Assembly: GCA_036918135.1 (NCBI GenBank)
Contig: JBALDB010000051.1
Coordinates: 64,001 to 128,000 of the forward strand
From: Nostoc sp.
GTDB taxonomy: Bacteria; Cyanobacteriota; Cyanobacteriia; Cyanobacteriales; Nostocaceae
Length of the DNA: 64,000 nt
Direction of reading: 5' to 3'
In this document: one piece after another, positions 42,461-53,214 of the stretch
How positions within the stretch are numbered: position 1 is the first letter of the stretch
Layout of the letters: each line of letters opens with the position of its first letter
Notes under the pieces: generated by a model
What the model was told of the DNA's origin: nothing
Databases searched by the model: none
What the model saw: the letters and a program-made list of their open reading frames with translations, nothing else
Made by a program: the position numbers and the translations under genes

Positions 42461-43299
42461 TCAATGGGTAGGGAAAAATCACGAGACCATTCATTCCAAG
42501 AACCAAAATAATTTTTGGCAGAAATTCCTGCCTCTTCTAGGGCTATTAATGTATTAGCAGCCCTTGAACCCTTAAAGCAGTAAATGTACACAATGGAATC
42601 TGAAGTAATACCTACTGATTGACAAATTTCTCGGATTTCATCTGGCGAGCGAAACGTGGGGATTTCTGATTCAGAATTCATCAGAAGATGCCATTCTAAC
42701 CAGACTGCGTTAGGGATTCTACCTTTGCGAGGACAAAAATCAGGATTGTAGGGAGAAGAACTCAGCCCAAGCCATTCTGAGCTGTCGCGGACATCTAATT
42801 TAATAATTGCTGGATTGTCAATTGCTTGCAACATCTCGGCGGTAGTCACCATCATGTCAGCATTGGGATGCAATCTAAATATGCTGCTTTCACGTTTTGG
42901 TACTTCATCGGTAGTAGGTAATCCCGCCTTCAGCCATGCTTTATATCCACCGTGTAAGATAGATACTTGAGTGCAACCCAAATACTTTAGTAAGAAAGCT
43001 GCTCGACAAGATTGACCATAACCTTTATTTAAAGCATCTTCATAAATAATCAGCTGTTCTGTACCAGATATTCCTACCCTACTCATTATTTCTGCAAAAT
43101 ACTCTTGCAATTTCTTCAATCCTGCTGGGTGGGAATTCTCTAAAAGATATGTGAAAAAATCTCTTATATTTATAGATTGAGGAATATGAGAATTAGCATA
43201 ATCTTCTGGACTTCGCGTATCTATAACGACAGTTTCTGATGATTTTTCTGCTAACAGTGAAGCGAGTTCTTGAGGAGAAATGAGGAGTTTTGTATTCAC
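42454..43299 (-). CDS. Sulfurtransferase (tandem rhodanese)
   Basis: IDTRS..Y...HIP, LHGGYKAW, GRIPNA, YCFKGSRA, YFGSWNEW. Confidence 0.9.
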   Translation of the reverse strand: MNTKLLISPQELASLLAEKSSETVVIDTRSPEDYANSHIPQSINIRDFFTYLLENSHPAGLKKLQEYFAEIMSRVGISGTEQLIIYEDALNKGYGQSCRAAFLLKYLGCTQVSILHGGYKAWLKAGLPTTDEVPKRESSIFRLHPNADMMVTTAEMLQAIDNPAIIKLDVRDSSEWLGLSSSPYNPDFCPRKGRIPNAVWLEWHLLMNSESEIPTFRSPDEIREICQSVGITSDSIVYIYCFKGSRAANTLIALEEAGISAKNYFGSWNEWSRDFSLPIDK

Positions 43300-43413
43300 G
43301 CTTTCATGCTAATGTTATTTTCACATTAGGATTATCGCGCTCGGCAGATTTGCGATTTGGAATACAAATTACAAAAGCATGAATATTAAATGTTACGAGA
43401 TAACTTTTATGGA

Positions 43414-43528
43414 TATAGTAATCCGATTTGATTCCTGAAATTATCTGCGTAGGTAGAGAACAGGGAATAGAAAAGAAGGGTATAGATGTGTACTAAATCT
43501 TGTTCAAAAATCAAATAGGAGTCCTAAA
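43414..43528 (-). mobile_element. MITE-like dispersed repeat, family A (reverse)
   Basis: TATAGTAATCCGATTTGATTCCTGAAATTAT...TTCAAAAATCAAATAGGAGTCCTA. Confidence 0.7.
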
Positions 43529-43797
43529 TGTTATTTTCAATTACATTGTGTTAGTTCTTAGATATACTCTAAGCGCACAGGGTGAGGTGCGATCGCATTA
43601 ATAGCAATACCCTCAAATCGGGTAATAATATATTTTAATCCTAGCATTTCTGGTAACCAAAAAGTTAAGTCATTCGCATAATTTCGAGTTATAAAACCAT
43701 ATTCTTGAGTGCGAGCGATCGCAAAGTGTCTCTTGACGTAGCCTCTCGTAGAGAAGAACGCCAAGAATTCGTAGAGCTGCGTAAGCCCTGTTACTTT

Positions 43798-45406
43798 TTA
43801 AGCGATGTTATAAGTCAAATTAATCTTGACAATCACATCGTTGTAATCCTTATCACCGCCACCAGAGAGATCCTCAAAACCAAAGACATTATCACCTAAC
43901 ATCTTGATGTGCTGAGTTTTGTCAGCATTGGCACCCAAGAAGGTAAAGTAAACTGTTGGGTCATTGCTAGAATTACTGTCTAACAAAGCATCAACTTTAC
44001 CATCGACAATCAGGAATGGTACATAAATACCGCCGCCTTGAAAGTTGCCATTGTAGTTTCCCGTAACTTGATTAGCAACCGATAAAGCAATATCACTCAC
44101 CCGTGAGTTAATTGCCGCTTGTACATAACCCGCTTGTCCAGGGAGAATGTCTGCTGTACCATCACCATTGGTATCAATCGCCCCAAGTGACGACAGAACC
44201 ATCTTCTTTCAACGCCGCAAAGGCATAAGATGTAGAAAAAATATTGGTGACACCAGAAGCTAGTTGACTACTGACTGCACTGCTATCTCCTCCATAGCTA
44301 CTATCGCCCCAAGTGACGACAGAACCATCTTCTTTCAACGCCGCCAAGGCATTATATGTAGAAAAGATATTGATGACACCAGAGGTAAGTTGACTAGTGA
44401 CTGCACTGCTATCTCCTCCTTGTGAACTATCGCCCCAAGTGACAACAGAACCATCTTGTTTCAACGCGGCAAAGGCACTAGCTCCAGAAAAGATATTGGT
44501 GACACCAGAGGTAAGTTGATTAGTGACTGCACTGCTATCTCCTCCAGAGGTGATACCGCCCCAAGTGACGACGGAACCATCTTGTTTCAACGCGGCAAAG
44601 GCAGTAATTGTAGAAAAGATATTGACGACACCAGAGGCAAGTTGGCTTGTGACTGCACTGCTATCTCCTCCATAAGCACTATTGCCCCAAATGACGGCAG
44701 AACCATTTTCTTTTAACGCCGCAAAGGCATAAAAATTTTTATAGGTATGACCATCTGTTATCCCACCTCTTTGTCCCCTTGGTTCTCGTAATAACTGCGT
44801 GTTGCTGGTGGAGTTGAGATTAAGGGCTATTGGGGAAGCTAACACACCTGGATATTTTGCTAACCCATGTACTGTCAAGGGCGGATTCATTTTTCCTACG
44901 CCTGATTGAATATCCAACTGCCAACTTCCGCCTTGAGTTGGTGCGCCAACCTTACCCGTAGCGGCAAATATTTCTGCTTTTGTCAACTGTGCCAATTCGC
45001 TAATAAACTGGGTATCTTTGCCGACTTGGCAACTGTAGAGGGCAATTTCGGCAACGTCCCACTGTTGCAATAATTGGGCTTGTATTTTGATTTGTTGGCG
45101 ATTGATTGGCAATGCCCCAATTTGCAAGACTCCGGGGATTCCGTGGGCGACAATGGCTAACCGTTTTGCTTTTGTTTGTGCTAATAAGTTTGTAATCACT
45201 ACTAGTGCATCGTCTTCGGGTGTGAGAGTATAACCCAAAGCTTTAGGTGACAAGGCAGCATAAAGAATCTCAAGATCCTCAACACGGCTGTCAAAAATTA
45301 CCAATACTTCTGATTGTAGTTTTTGATACTTATAAATCCGCTCGAAATTAGAATTATACCCAGTGCTGAAGTGACGTTGAGGGGCTAATGATACTGTTGT
45401 CGTCAT
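43798..45406 (-). pseudogene. DUF4347 / RCC1-like 42-aa repeat / DUF4114 surface protein, split by an out-of-frame internal deletion
   Basis: DUF4347 (IVAHG.PG.LQIG, LYSCQVG), 126-nt repeats AFAALK.DGSVVTWG, and out-of-frame C-terminal FGFEDLSGGGDKDYND. Confidence 0.75.
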
Positions 45407-45766
45407 AGTTTGTTTCTATTTCTATAAATTGCTGAGCAGCTAAAAGCTTGCCCAATTCGAGATTTTTGAATGGGGCGCAACTAATACCAATTCAAAATTC
45501 CAAATTAAAAAAGCTAGACAGAACAAAGATATGTCCGTATGTATCTGTCCCATTCTTTTTTCAAATTGGTATAAGTAGTTCTATCTTCTAGTTGTGAACA
45601 ATATTGCAGTTTATTTCTGCCTTCAGTTAACTGTATACTTGATAACTCTTAGTCTTGACAGATGTCAAACATTATGTACTTTAGTGACATTCCACCCTAT
45701 TAGCCTGGCAAAACTAAAATGTTGTAGGTTCGGTTGAGGAATAAAACTGAACATGGATCTTACTGA

Positions 45767-45878
45767 GCCACTAATCCCAACTCTGTAGCGACTAATCTTA
45801 AGTCTGGAGCGACTAATCTCAACTCTGTAGCCACTAATCCCAAGTCTGTAGCCACTAATCCCAAGTCTGTAGCGACTA
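45767..45878. repeat. 21-nt tandem repeat, 5 full copies plus a partial
   Basis: GC(C/G)ACTAATC(C/T)(C/T)AA(C/G)TCTG(T/G)A units with no spacers. Confidence 0.85.
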
Positions 45879-45890
45879 GGAAAATGATAT

Positions 45891-46024
45891 TACAGCAGTT
45901 TGCAAGTAAATGAGGTACAAATGCAGGACTTAAAATTAGATATAAAAAGTTTCTACCTCCAGCATAGCTGCCTCCTGCCTCAAAACCCGTAGCTTTGTAC
46001 TTCATGCAAAAGAAAACTGCTGTA
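45891..46024 (-). mobile_element. MITE-like element, family C
   Basis: TACAGCAG...CTGCTGTA ends; reverse complement aligns with 48631-48793. Confidence 0.75.
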
Positions 46025-46259
46025 TATGATGTTGGGCTAATTAGTTATGATTCAATACGGTTCAGTTAAAGGCTAATTTTCTAAAATTGTGGGTTTTCGA
46101 GACGCGATAAATCGCCGTCTCTACAAGTGTTTTGGTCTTATCCGAACTGTATTGAGTTATGATTAGCAGATGTGTGCAAAAACCAGGAAACCCTCTTTTC
46201 CTCTGCCCCCCTGCCGTCTTCACCTCAGTCTTTAACCAGACACAATATTATCTGGTGAT

Positions 46260-48548
46260 TTACTGTAGCATACGGTCAATTACACAGTGTATAACTTTAA
46301 CTTCATTCACAATTCGCTCCAGTTCTGTGGATAAAGGAGTTTGTTCTCGAACGGCTTGTAATGTAGGAGTAGTTGAAGTATTAGGATTTGTGGCAATCTC
46401 TGATAATCGAGCAGTATGCAACTGTTGAATTTGGTCGTGAATTGCTTCGAGATAGTTATCTAGCGCTGGTAATTTTTGGGGTGGCTGTCCTTGTTGCAGG
46501 GCGGCTGCTAAGTTTTCCAAAACTTGGATAATGGTATCAGTCAGTCGGTTGAGTTCAGTAAATTGGTACTCGCCACTAAATTCGCGGATATGTTCTGCCA
46601 GAGTTGTAACTGAACTGAAAAAGCCACGAATGTATACCATCAGCGTGATTACGGGTTCGATTTCTCCTTGGACGTGACGAGGTTCGCTGAACAATCTTTG
46701 AGCAGCGGCGGTAGCGTTAGCATTTTCTAATGCCGCTTGATGACGTAGCGTATTAATAGAGTCAGTAGATGTACTCTGTTTTCGATGAAGATAAGTAGCT
46801 ATTACCTGCTGAAAGTAAGCGAGATTGGCTCGAATTGTCTTTTGTAGTTGTGCTGGAAGTTGCTGTCGTTCCCAACGAGGAAAAAGCAAATAGCTGCCAA
46901 GCAGTGCTAAGACACCCCCAATGAAGCTATCAACGATACGCAATATGCCAATTTTCCAGTCACCCGCACTAATCAGGTTGAGTAGTAAGATGATGGCGGG
47001 AGTGAGCAGTATGATAAATATGCTGTAGCTTAAGGCTCGCACTGACATTGCAGTAAACACGAGCAGCAAGAAACAAACTGCGATCGCTAATTGATTTTTT
47101 ACTAGTAAAAGCAGAGTTATGCTAATAATTCCGCCTAAAATAGTACCAATGACTCTTTGTACAGTTGTCTCCGACGTTCCCCCAAAGTTGGGCTTGAGTG
47201 CAACTAAAGCTGTTAGCGTTATCCAGTAACCTCTAGGTAGTTGTAATACTGAGGCTAGCAATTCTGCAAGCGTTGTTACCAATGCTAAGCGCAATGCATG
47301 GCGAAACAGGACTGAATCAAAAGTAAAGTTATTTCGTAATGTATCAATAATTGCAGAGCGCTCTGACTGGCTTGGAGGAGAAATATTTCGCTGGGCAATA
47401 CGGCGCTGTTTTCCCTGTTTAAAATCTGCAACAATTTCTGCATCAGTATGAATTTGCTGTGCCAGATTTGTCAGGCTGGCTACAATCTTCTTCACGTTGA
47501 GTAGTTGGGCATATTCATCTGTGTGAAGATTTATGGTTTGATTAATAATTTGAGTGCGGAGAACTTGCGACTGGTGTTCTAGTGCTTCAATAGACCTGTC
47601 CAAATCTCCCAAGCCAACTAAGCTTCTTTCTTTGGCAATTGCTTGTGATAACATTTGCACAGCAATAGCCAACTGTTCTACCGCTTGCTGAATTTCTCTT
47701 TGTAATCGAAAATATAGTTCACCCGTGGATGCGATCGCCAACAATTCACTTAATACGACAACAGAATTGAGAATTTGATTTACATCCTCAATTAACACCA
47801 GTAAGTAATTTCCCCGCAGGTTACCTCCTCTTTGTTTAGTCCACATCGCTGTCCAGACACTACGGGCAAATGTCAAATCTTGAATGACGATATCTTGAGC
47901 TTGCAAAAATCTTTGTCCCCACTCTTGAGGATCTTGGGGATTTAATGCTCTCTCCCTTGCCAAGTCTATAAATTTACTCAATGAGTCATAACATTTAGCA
48001 ACTACCTGTTTTGCAGGTGCATCAGGACGCACCACCCACAGCGCTGATGACAAGATAGTTGTCCACATTCCACCAGCTAAACAAAGCGCACAATGTTGGA
48101 TCAGAGTAGATAAATTAGAGAATGAAGCGAATTTAGCAAGTGCGATCACAAACATAATTGAAGTGACTAAGCTCACAGATGCAGCCACACTGCCATAGAG
48201 ACCTGCTAAGCCTGCGATAAATATTACCAAGAATGTTGCTGGCACAACTAACCACAGATGACTGCTAACCAAACTCGCAATCAGGAACACCACAGTTATC
48301 CCTATGGTTGCTGCTATCATGGCGATCGCTTTTTGGCGGTAGGTTCCCTCAACATTTACCATCCCAACGAACCAAGCTGCCATAGTGGCGATCGCACTTG
48401 TAGCAGCATGACCAGTAATAAATCCAATTCCAATGGGCACACCCAATATCAAAAGGCTACGTAATCCAGAGAAAATGTCGGGTTTACCTGGCTTGAGTTG
48501 AAATTGCTGCAACAACCAACCCGCAGCACGTTTATCTGTAAATGACAT
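46260..48548 (-). CDS. FUSC family (YccS/YhfK-like) membrane protein
   Basis: FRHALRLAL, GYWITLT...LKPNF, QRVIGTILG, RIVDSFIG. Confidence 0.9.
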   Translation of the reverse strand: MSFTDKRAAGWLLQQFQLKPGKPDIFSGLRSLLILGVPIGIGFITGHAATSAIATMAAWFVGMVNVEGTYRQKAIAMIAATIGITVVFLIASLVSSHLWLVVPATFLVIFIAGLAGLYGSVAASVSLVTSIMFVIALAKFASFSNLSTLIQHCALCLAGGMWTTILSSALWVVRPDAPAKQVVAKCYDSLSKFIDLARERALNPQDPQEWGQRFLQAQDIVIQDLTFARSVWTAMWTKQRGGNLRGNYLLVLIEDVNQILNSVVVLSELLAIASTGELYFRLQREIQQAVEQLAIAVQMLSQAIAKERSLVGLGDLDRSIEALEHQSQVLRTQIINQTINLHTDEYAQLLNVKKIVASLTNLAQQIHTDAEIVADFKQGKQRRIAQRNISPPSQSERSAIIDTLRNNFTFDSVLFRHALRLALVTTLAELLASVLQLPRGYWITLTALVALKPNFGGTSETTVQRVIGTILGGIISITLLLLVKNQLAIAVCFLLLVFTAMSVRALSYSIFIILLTPAIILLLNLISAGDWKIGILRIVDSFIGGVLALLGSYLLFPRWERQQLPAQLQKTIRANLAYFQQVIATYLHRKQSTSTDSINTLRHQAALENANATAAAQRLFSEPRHVQGEIEPVITLMVYIRGFFSSVTTLAEHIREFSGEYQFTELNRLTDTIIQVLENLAAALQQGQPPQKLPALDNYLEAIHDQIQQLHTARLSEIATNPNTSTTPTLQAVREQTPLSTELERIVNEVKVIHCVIDRMLQ

Positions 48549-48630
48549 TATTTAGGCTAGGGACTATAAGAATGCAGATCGTTTCTTACAGCATTTTACC
48601 CAGATATGACTATGCGGGGAATAACTGTAA

Positions 48631-48793
48631 TACAGCAGTTTTGATTTACATGAAGTACAAAGTTACGGGTTTTGAGGCAGTTCGCGTAGCGTGTCGAAGA
48701 CAAGGCAGCTATGCTGGAGGGAAGAGTAGAAACTCTTTATATCTGATAAATTAGTCCGAGATTTTGTACCTCACTAACTTACAATCTGCTGTA
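48631..48793 (+). mobile_element. MITE-like element, family C, with nested small repeat
   Basis: Same element as 45891-46024 plus an insert TTCGCGTAGCGTGTCGAAGACA. Confidence 0.75.
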
Positions 48794-49154
48794 TCATCAT
48801 CTGGACGAACTTAATCATTGCTATCCCAATCTAGATAATTAGTTTGTCAGGGAAAATTGACCTGGCGAACCAGCTTTTGCGACTCGTAAACCTATTTTTT
48901 CTCAAGAGGATGTTTAAAAAGTTTTGGATGAATATAATTCGCTAGCTTGACTATAACGCTTGCTGTATTTATTTAATAGTTTTTTACACAAATCATTCTC
49001 AAGATAGTGTTTTTTATTTCTACTTTCAAAAAGTATTTATTTAGACATAATTCAAAAAGATGATTATATCAATAAAAATACTTAAAAAATTTAAAATATA
49101 ATTTTATTTTTACTATAAAAAGGTGATAATAACGCCTGGATACTCGAAGAAAAA

Positions 49155-49652
49155 ATGATGTCTGTTCTGCCTCTCAATAGCGAAAATCTCCCATACCCCG
49201 ATCCCATACACCCGATCGTCGTCCACTTTGTCATAGCGATGATATTTTTTTCATTTTTCTGTGATGTAGTAGGTTACTTTACTCAGAATGTGCGTTTGTT
49301 TGAAGTAAGTTTTTGGAATATGTTTGTCGCTTCGGTAGCTATTTTCTTAGCGGTTATCTTTGGTCAGTTTGAAGCAGGTTTGGCAAACAATTACGCAGCA
49401 GTTCAGTCAACACTGAATTTTCATACGCTCATGGGTTGGTCGTTAGCGGCGATCGTAGTTGGGATTACAGCTTGGCGTTTTGTAATTCGTAATCGCAATT
49501 CCTTGAAGATACCGCCAGCTTACCTTGGTGTCGCAACTTTTTTGATTTGTTTGGTGTTTTTGCAAGTATATTTAGGAACCAAGCTATTTTGGGTATATGG
49601 ATTGCATGTTGAGCCTGTTGTCGAAGCAATGAAGCAGGGAGTCTGGCAATGA
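49155..49652 (+). CDS. DUF2231 membrane protein
   Basis: IHPIVVHF...H...G..L.W.YG. Confidence 0.85.
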   Translation: MMSVLPLNSENLPYPDPIHPIVVHFVIAMIFFSFFCDVVGYFTQNVRLFEVSFWNMFVASVAIFLAVIFGQFEAGLANNYAAVQSTLNFHTLMGWSLAAIVVGITAWRFVIRNRNSLKIPPAYLGVATFLICLVFLQVYLGTKLFWVYGLHVEPVVEAMKQGVWQ

Positions 49653-50290
49653 ACTGGCAACTGATCGAACAGTTAAGATTGAGGTTAGGCGCTAACGGAC
49701 TGCCTTACGAAATTCCGATACATCCACAGTTAGTACATTTAACACTAGGGTTGTTCATTATTGCCATCTTGTTTGACATCGCCGGAACCTTTTTTCGCTT
49801 AGGGCGACCAATTTTCAAATTTCTCGGTCTTCCTGCCATCCGTTCTAGCTTCTTCGATGTTGGTTGGTACAACCTCATAGCAGCTGCGGTTGTGACATTT
49901 TTTACCGTTGCCTTTGGTTTTTTCGAGCTACTGTTGGCAAATCCACCAGTGAATCAAAAGAGTGCTTGGGGGTTGAATCCTGGTTGGACAATGTTATTGC
50001 ATGGTTTGGGTGGTATTTTGTTGTTGGGGATTATTGTAGGCATGACTGTATGGAGGGGTTTGCAACGCGATCGCTGGTGCAAGGATACTTCCCGACAAGT
50101 GCAATGGAGTTACTTATTAGTAGGTATTGCGATGTTTGGTATTTTATTTCTCCACGGAACTTTAGGGGCGCACCTCGGTGAGCAGTTCGGAATTCACGTG
50201 ACTGCGGCTAAGTTAATCCAACAGGGTAAAAATTCAAATTTGCTACTCATGCCAATTTGGAATCTTAGATTATTAATCATTAGTCATTAG
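49649..50290 (+). CDS. DUF2231 membrane protein
   Basis: IHPQLVHL...LHG...HGTLGAHL; ATGA overlap with previous gene. Confidence 0.85.
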   Translation: MNWQLIEQLRLRLGANGLPYEIPIHPQLVHLTLGLFIIAILFDIAGTFFRLGRPIFKFLGLPAIRSSFFDVGWYNLIAAAVVTFFTVAFGFFELLLANPPVNQKSAWGLNPGWTMLLHGLGGILLLGIIVGMTVWRGLQRDRWCKDTSRQVQWSYLLVGIAMFGILFLHGTLGAHLGEQFGIHVTAAKLIQQGKNSNLLLMPIWNLRLLIISH

Positions 50291-50418
50291 TCATTGGTCA
50301 TTGATTGTTAATTCATCTCCCATTTCTATCTTTTATCTACCCAAATTAAGTTTAAAAAATCAAATACATTTCTCTATCTCAATTTGATATCAAACTCAAC
50401 GAAAATTTATCAAATTTT

Positions 50419-51339
50419 ATGGTGAGATTCTTAGAATATTTCCTAATAGCTGGCTGTATAGCAGTGTTGCTTGTCGTCAGTCATTGGATTGGGCAGCAGG
50501 CATATTCTTGGATGCCTCTGCAAGCTACAGCAGAAGCGCAAAAGGTAGATAGTTTATTTAGCTTTTTAGTCTCAATTGGAGCATTCATCTTCCTTGGTCT
50601 TGTTGGGATGATGGTTTATTCAATACTTTTTTTTCGGACATCCAAAAAAGACTACACTGAAGGGCATCCATCTAGAGGCGATGCTAGGCTAGAAATCCTC
50701 TGGACGGCAACGCCAACTTTATTAGTAATGTGGATTGCTTTTCAAGGCTTCAATATTTATCAGCAATTAAATATTTTAGGTTTAGGACAAATTGTACATT
50801 TGCATACACCTGTAGAATCAGAAGCAGCCTACGCCGCAGAAGTCAGCGATGTCCCCAAACCAGCTGACGAAACTATTGATGTTTTCGTCAAGCAGTGGGA
50901 TTGGTCTTTCCGCTATCCAAATAATGTTAATAGTAATGAATTACACTTGCCAGTTAATCGCCGGACTCGTCTAAATATGCACGCCCAAGAGGTGATTCAC
51001 GGGTTCTACGTCCCGGAATTTCGCTTAAAGCAGGATATCGTCCCCGGACGGAACATTGACCTTGTAGTTACACCGATTCGTGTTGGTAAATATAAGCTGA
51101 AAGATTCTCAATTTAGCGGTACTTACTTTGCCTTAATGGATGCGAATGTCTATGTTGAACCGATTGACAAATATAACCAATGGCTTACCCAAGTAGCTAG
51201 TCAACCAATGACTATCAAAAATCAGGCTGTTGCTGAATATAACCAACCGCCAAAGACATTATTTAAAACTAGTTGGTACACTGTCGCACCCGCTGAATCT
51301 GCTATTGCTAATCAAAGGAAAGTCAGCAATGACACATGA
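50419..51339 (+). CDS. ctaC: Heme-copper oxidase subunit II, ARTO type (CuA ligands lost)
   Basis: LEILWT, QWDWSFRY, VIHGFYVPEFRLKQD; DSQFSGTYFALM in place of CxExCGxxHxxM. Confidence 0.9.
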   Translation: MVRFLEYFLIAGCIAVLLVVSHWIGQQAYSWMPLQATAEAQKVDSLFSFLVSIGAFIFLGLVGMMVYSILFFRTSKKDYTEGHPSRGDARLEILWTATPTLLVMWIAFQGFNIYQQLNILGLGQIVHLHTPVESEAAYAAEVSDVPKPADETIDVFVKQWDWSFRYPNNVNSNELHLPVNRRTRLNMHAQEVIHGFYVPEFRLKQDIVPGRNIDLVVTPIRVGKYKLKDSQFSGTYFALMDANVYVEPIDKYNQWLTQVASQPMTIKNQAVAEYNQPPKTLFKTSWYTVAPAESAIANQRKVSNDT

Positions 51340-53002
51340 TAATGTTCCTAAATTGGAAAATTCTTCAAACGAGGCTGTTGATAATTGGCGACAATACTTT
51401 AGCTTTAACACCGACCATAAAGTTATCGGTATTCAATACATGGTAACGACCTTCATTTTTTTCCTGATTGGCGGGTTGTTGGCAATGCTCATCCGTGCCG
51501 AATTACTCACCCCGGAATTAAATGTAGTCGATCGCCCCCTCTACAACGGCTTATTCTCCATGCATGGAACAATCATGATTTTCCTCTGGATTATCCCGTT
51601 CAATGCAGGTATCTCTAATTACCTAGTGCCGTTGATGATTGGAGCGCGGGACATGGCTTTTCCCCTGCTCAACGCCATTTCTTTTTGGATTATTCCACCA
51701 GCTGGTATTTTTTTACTATCTAGCTTTTTGCTACCCAACGGCCCTGCAAAAGCTGGTTGGTGGTCTTATCCACCCGTTAGTCTGCAATTTCCAGCCAATC
51801 AACCGATTAACGGTGAATTCTTCTGGATTGTCAGTTTAGTACTGCTTGGGATTTCTTCCATCATGGGAGCAGTCAATTTTATTACAACAATTTTTTGGAT
51901 GCGCGCCCCAGGCATGACATTTTTTCGGATGCCTGTGTTTATTTGGTCAGTCCTTAGCGCCCAGTTGTTGCAGTTGATTAACTTGCCTTTCTTGACAGGT
52001 GCATTGGTATTGCTGTTATTTGACCTGGCTTTCGGAACACAATTTTTCAAACCCTTAGAAAATGGCGATCCGATAATTTACCAACATCTTTTCTGGTTCT
52101 ACTCTCATCCAGCAGTTTACATCATGGCACTGCCAGCCTTTGGGATTCTCGCAGAGGTTCTGCCCGCTTTTTCCCGGAATCCTTTATTTGGCTATCGTTC
52201 ATTAGCACTTGCTTCTGTGGGCATTGCTTTAGTAAGCATTTTTGTTTGGGTGCATCACATGTTCACCAGTGCTACCCCTGGTTGGATGCGGATGACTTTT
52301 ATGTTGACTTCAATGTTAGTGGCTATACCCACTGGTGTCAAAGCATTTGGTTGGACTGCCACAGTTTGGAAGAGTAAACTACACCTAGAGACACCCATGC
52401 TGTTTGCAATGGGCGGTGCAGCAATGTTTATTTTTGGTGGTGTTACTGGTGTGATGCTCGCTGCTACACCTTTCGATATTCATGTCAACAACACTTACTT
52501 TGTAGTAGGTCACTTTCACTACATCGTCTTTAACACCATCACAATGGCAATTTATGCAGCCATTTACTTTTGGTTTCCGAAGATTACTGGACGGATGTAT
52601 GCTGAAGGTTGGGGTAAGTTGCATTTCTTACTAACCTTTATTGGTGCTAACCTAACTTTTTTCCCCATGCACCCATTAGGTTTGCACGGAATGTTGCGCC
52701 GCATCTCTTCCTACGACCCACAATATCAAGGATGGAATGTTATCGCTAGTCTTGGAGGTTTCTTGCTGGGAGTATCCACATTACCCTTTATTGCTAACAT
52801 AGTTGGTTCCTGGCTATACGGGCCTAAAGCAGTAAATAATCCTTGGCACGCCACTGGATTAGAATGGACAACCACCTCACCACCACCGCGAGATAACTTT
52901 GACACAATTCCGGTTGTGAAAAGACCCCCTTACGACTATGGCGATCCAAAATACTCTGTGATTGAAAATTCTGACAACGGTGAATCAGTACAACACAGAT
53001 GA
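51329..53002 (+). CDS. ctaD: Heme-copper oxidase subunit I
   Basis: DHKVIGIQY, MHG, FWFYSHPAVY, WVHHM, HFHY. Confidence 0.95.
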   Translation: MTHDNVPKLENSSNEAVDNWRQYFSFNTDHKVIGIQYMVTTFIFFLIGGLLAMLIRAELLTPELNVVDRPLYNGLFSMHGTIMIFLWIIPFNAGISNYLVPLMIGARDMAFPLLNAISFWIIPPAGIFLLSSFLLPNGPAKAGWWSYPPVSLQFPANQPINGEFFWIVSLVLLGISSIMGAVNFITTIFWMRAPGMTFFRMPVFIWSVLSAQLLQLINLPFLTGALVLLLFDLAFGTQFFKPLENGDPIIYQHLFWFYSHPAVYIMALPAFGILAEVLPAFSRNPLFGYRSLALASVGIALVSIFVWVHHMFTSATPGWMRMTFMLTSMLVAIPTGVKAFGWTATVWKSKLHLETPMLFAMGGAAMFIFGGVTGVMLAATPFDIHVNNTYFVVGHFHYIVFNTITMAIYAAIYFWFPKITGRMYAEGWGKLHFLLTFIGANLTFFPMHPLGLHGMLRRISSYDPQYQGWNVIASLGGFLLGVSTLPFIANIVGSWLYGPKAVNNPWHATGLEWTTTSPPPRDNFDTIPVVKRPPYDYGDPKYSVIENSDNGESVQHR

Positions 53003-53032
53003 GGTAGATGGGGTCAGGGCCCCCACGTTAGC

Positions 53033-53090
53033 GAACGCGAGTGCGTCTCGTAGAGAAGCGGGGCAAACGCGAGTGCGTCTCGTAGAGAAG
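53033..53090. repeat. Two adjacent copies of a small dispersed repeat
   Basis: AACGCGAGTGCGTCTCGTAGAGAAGC twice; related cores near 18304 (reverse) and 43737. Confidence 0.7.
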
Positions 53091-53174
53091 CCCAGTGGGG
53101 GTTAGGGGCAATGGGGAGGCTGTTGAAGCAGGGAAAAATAACTCGTAATTCAACACTTAACACTCAGCATTCCC

Positions 53175-53212
53175 AATGACTAATGACTAATAACTAATGA
53201 CTAATGACTAAT
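53175..53212. repeat. STRR heptamer tract (TGACTAA)n
   Basis: About 5 tandem units just before ctaE. Confidence 0.8.
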
Positions 53213-53214
53213 TT

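Noticed and set aside
48800..49154. NtcA or heterocyst DIF1 promoter motif before the ARTO operon
   Set aside because: I saw no convincing GTA-N8-TAC or TCCGGA
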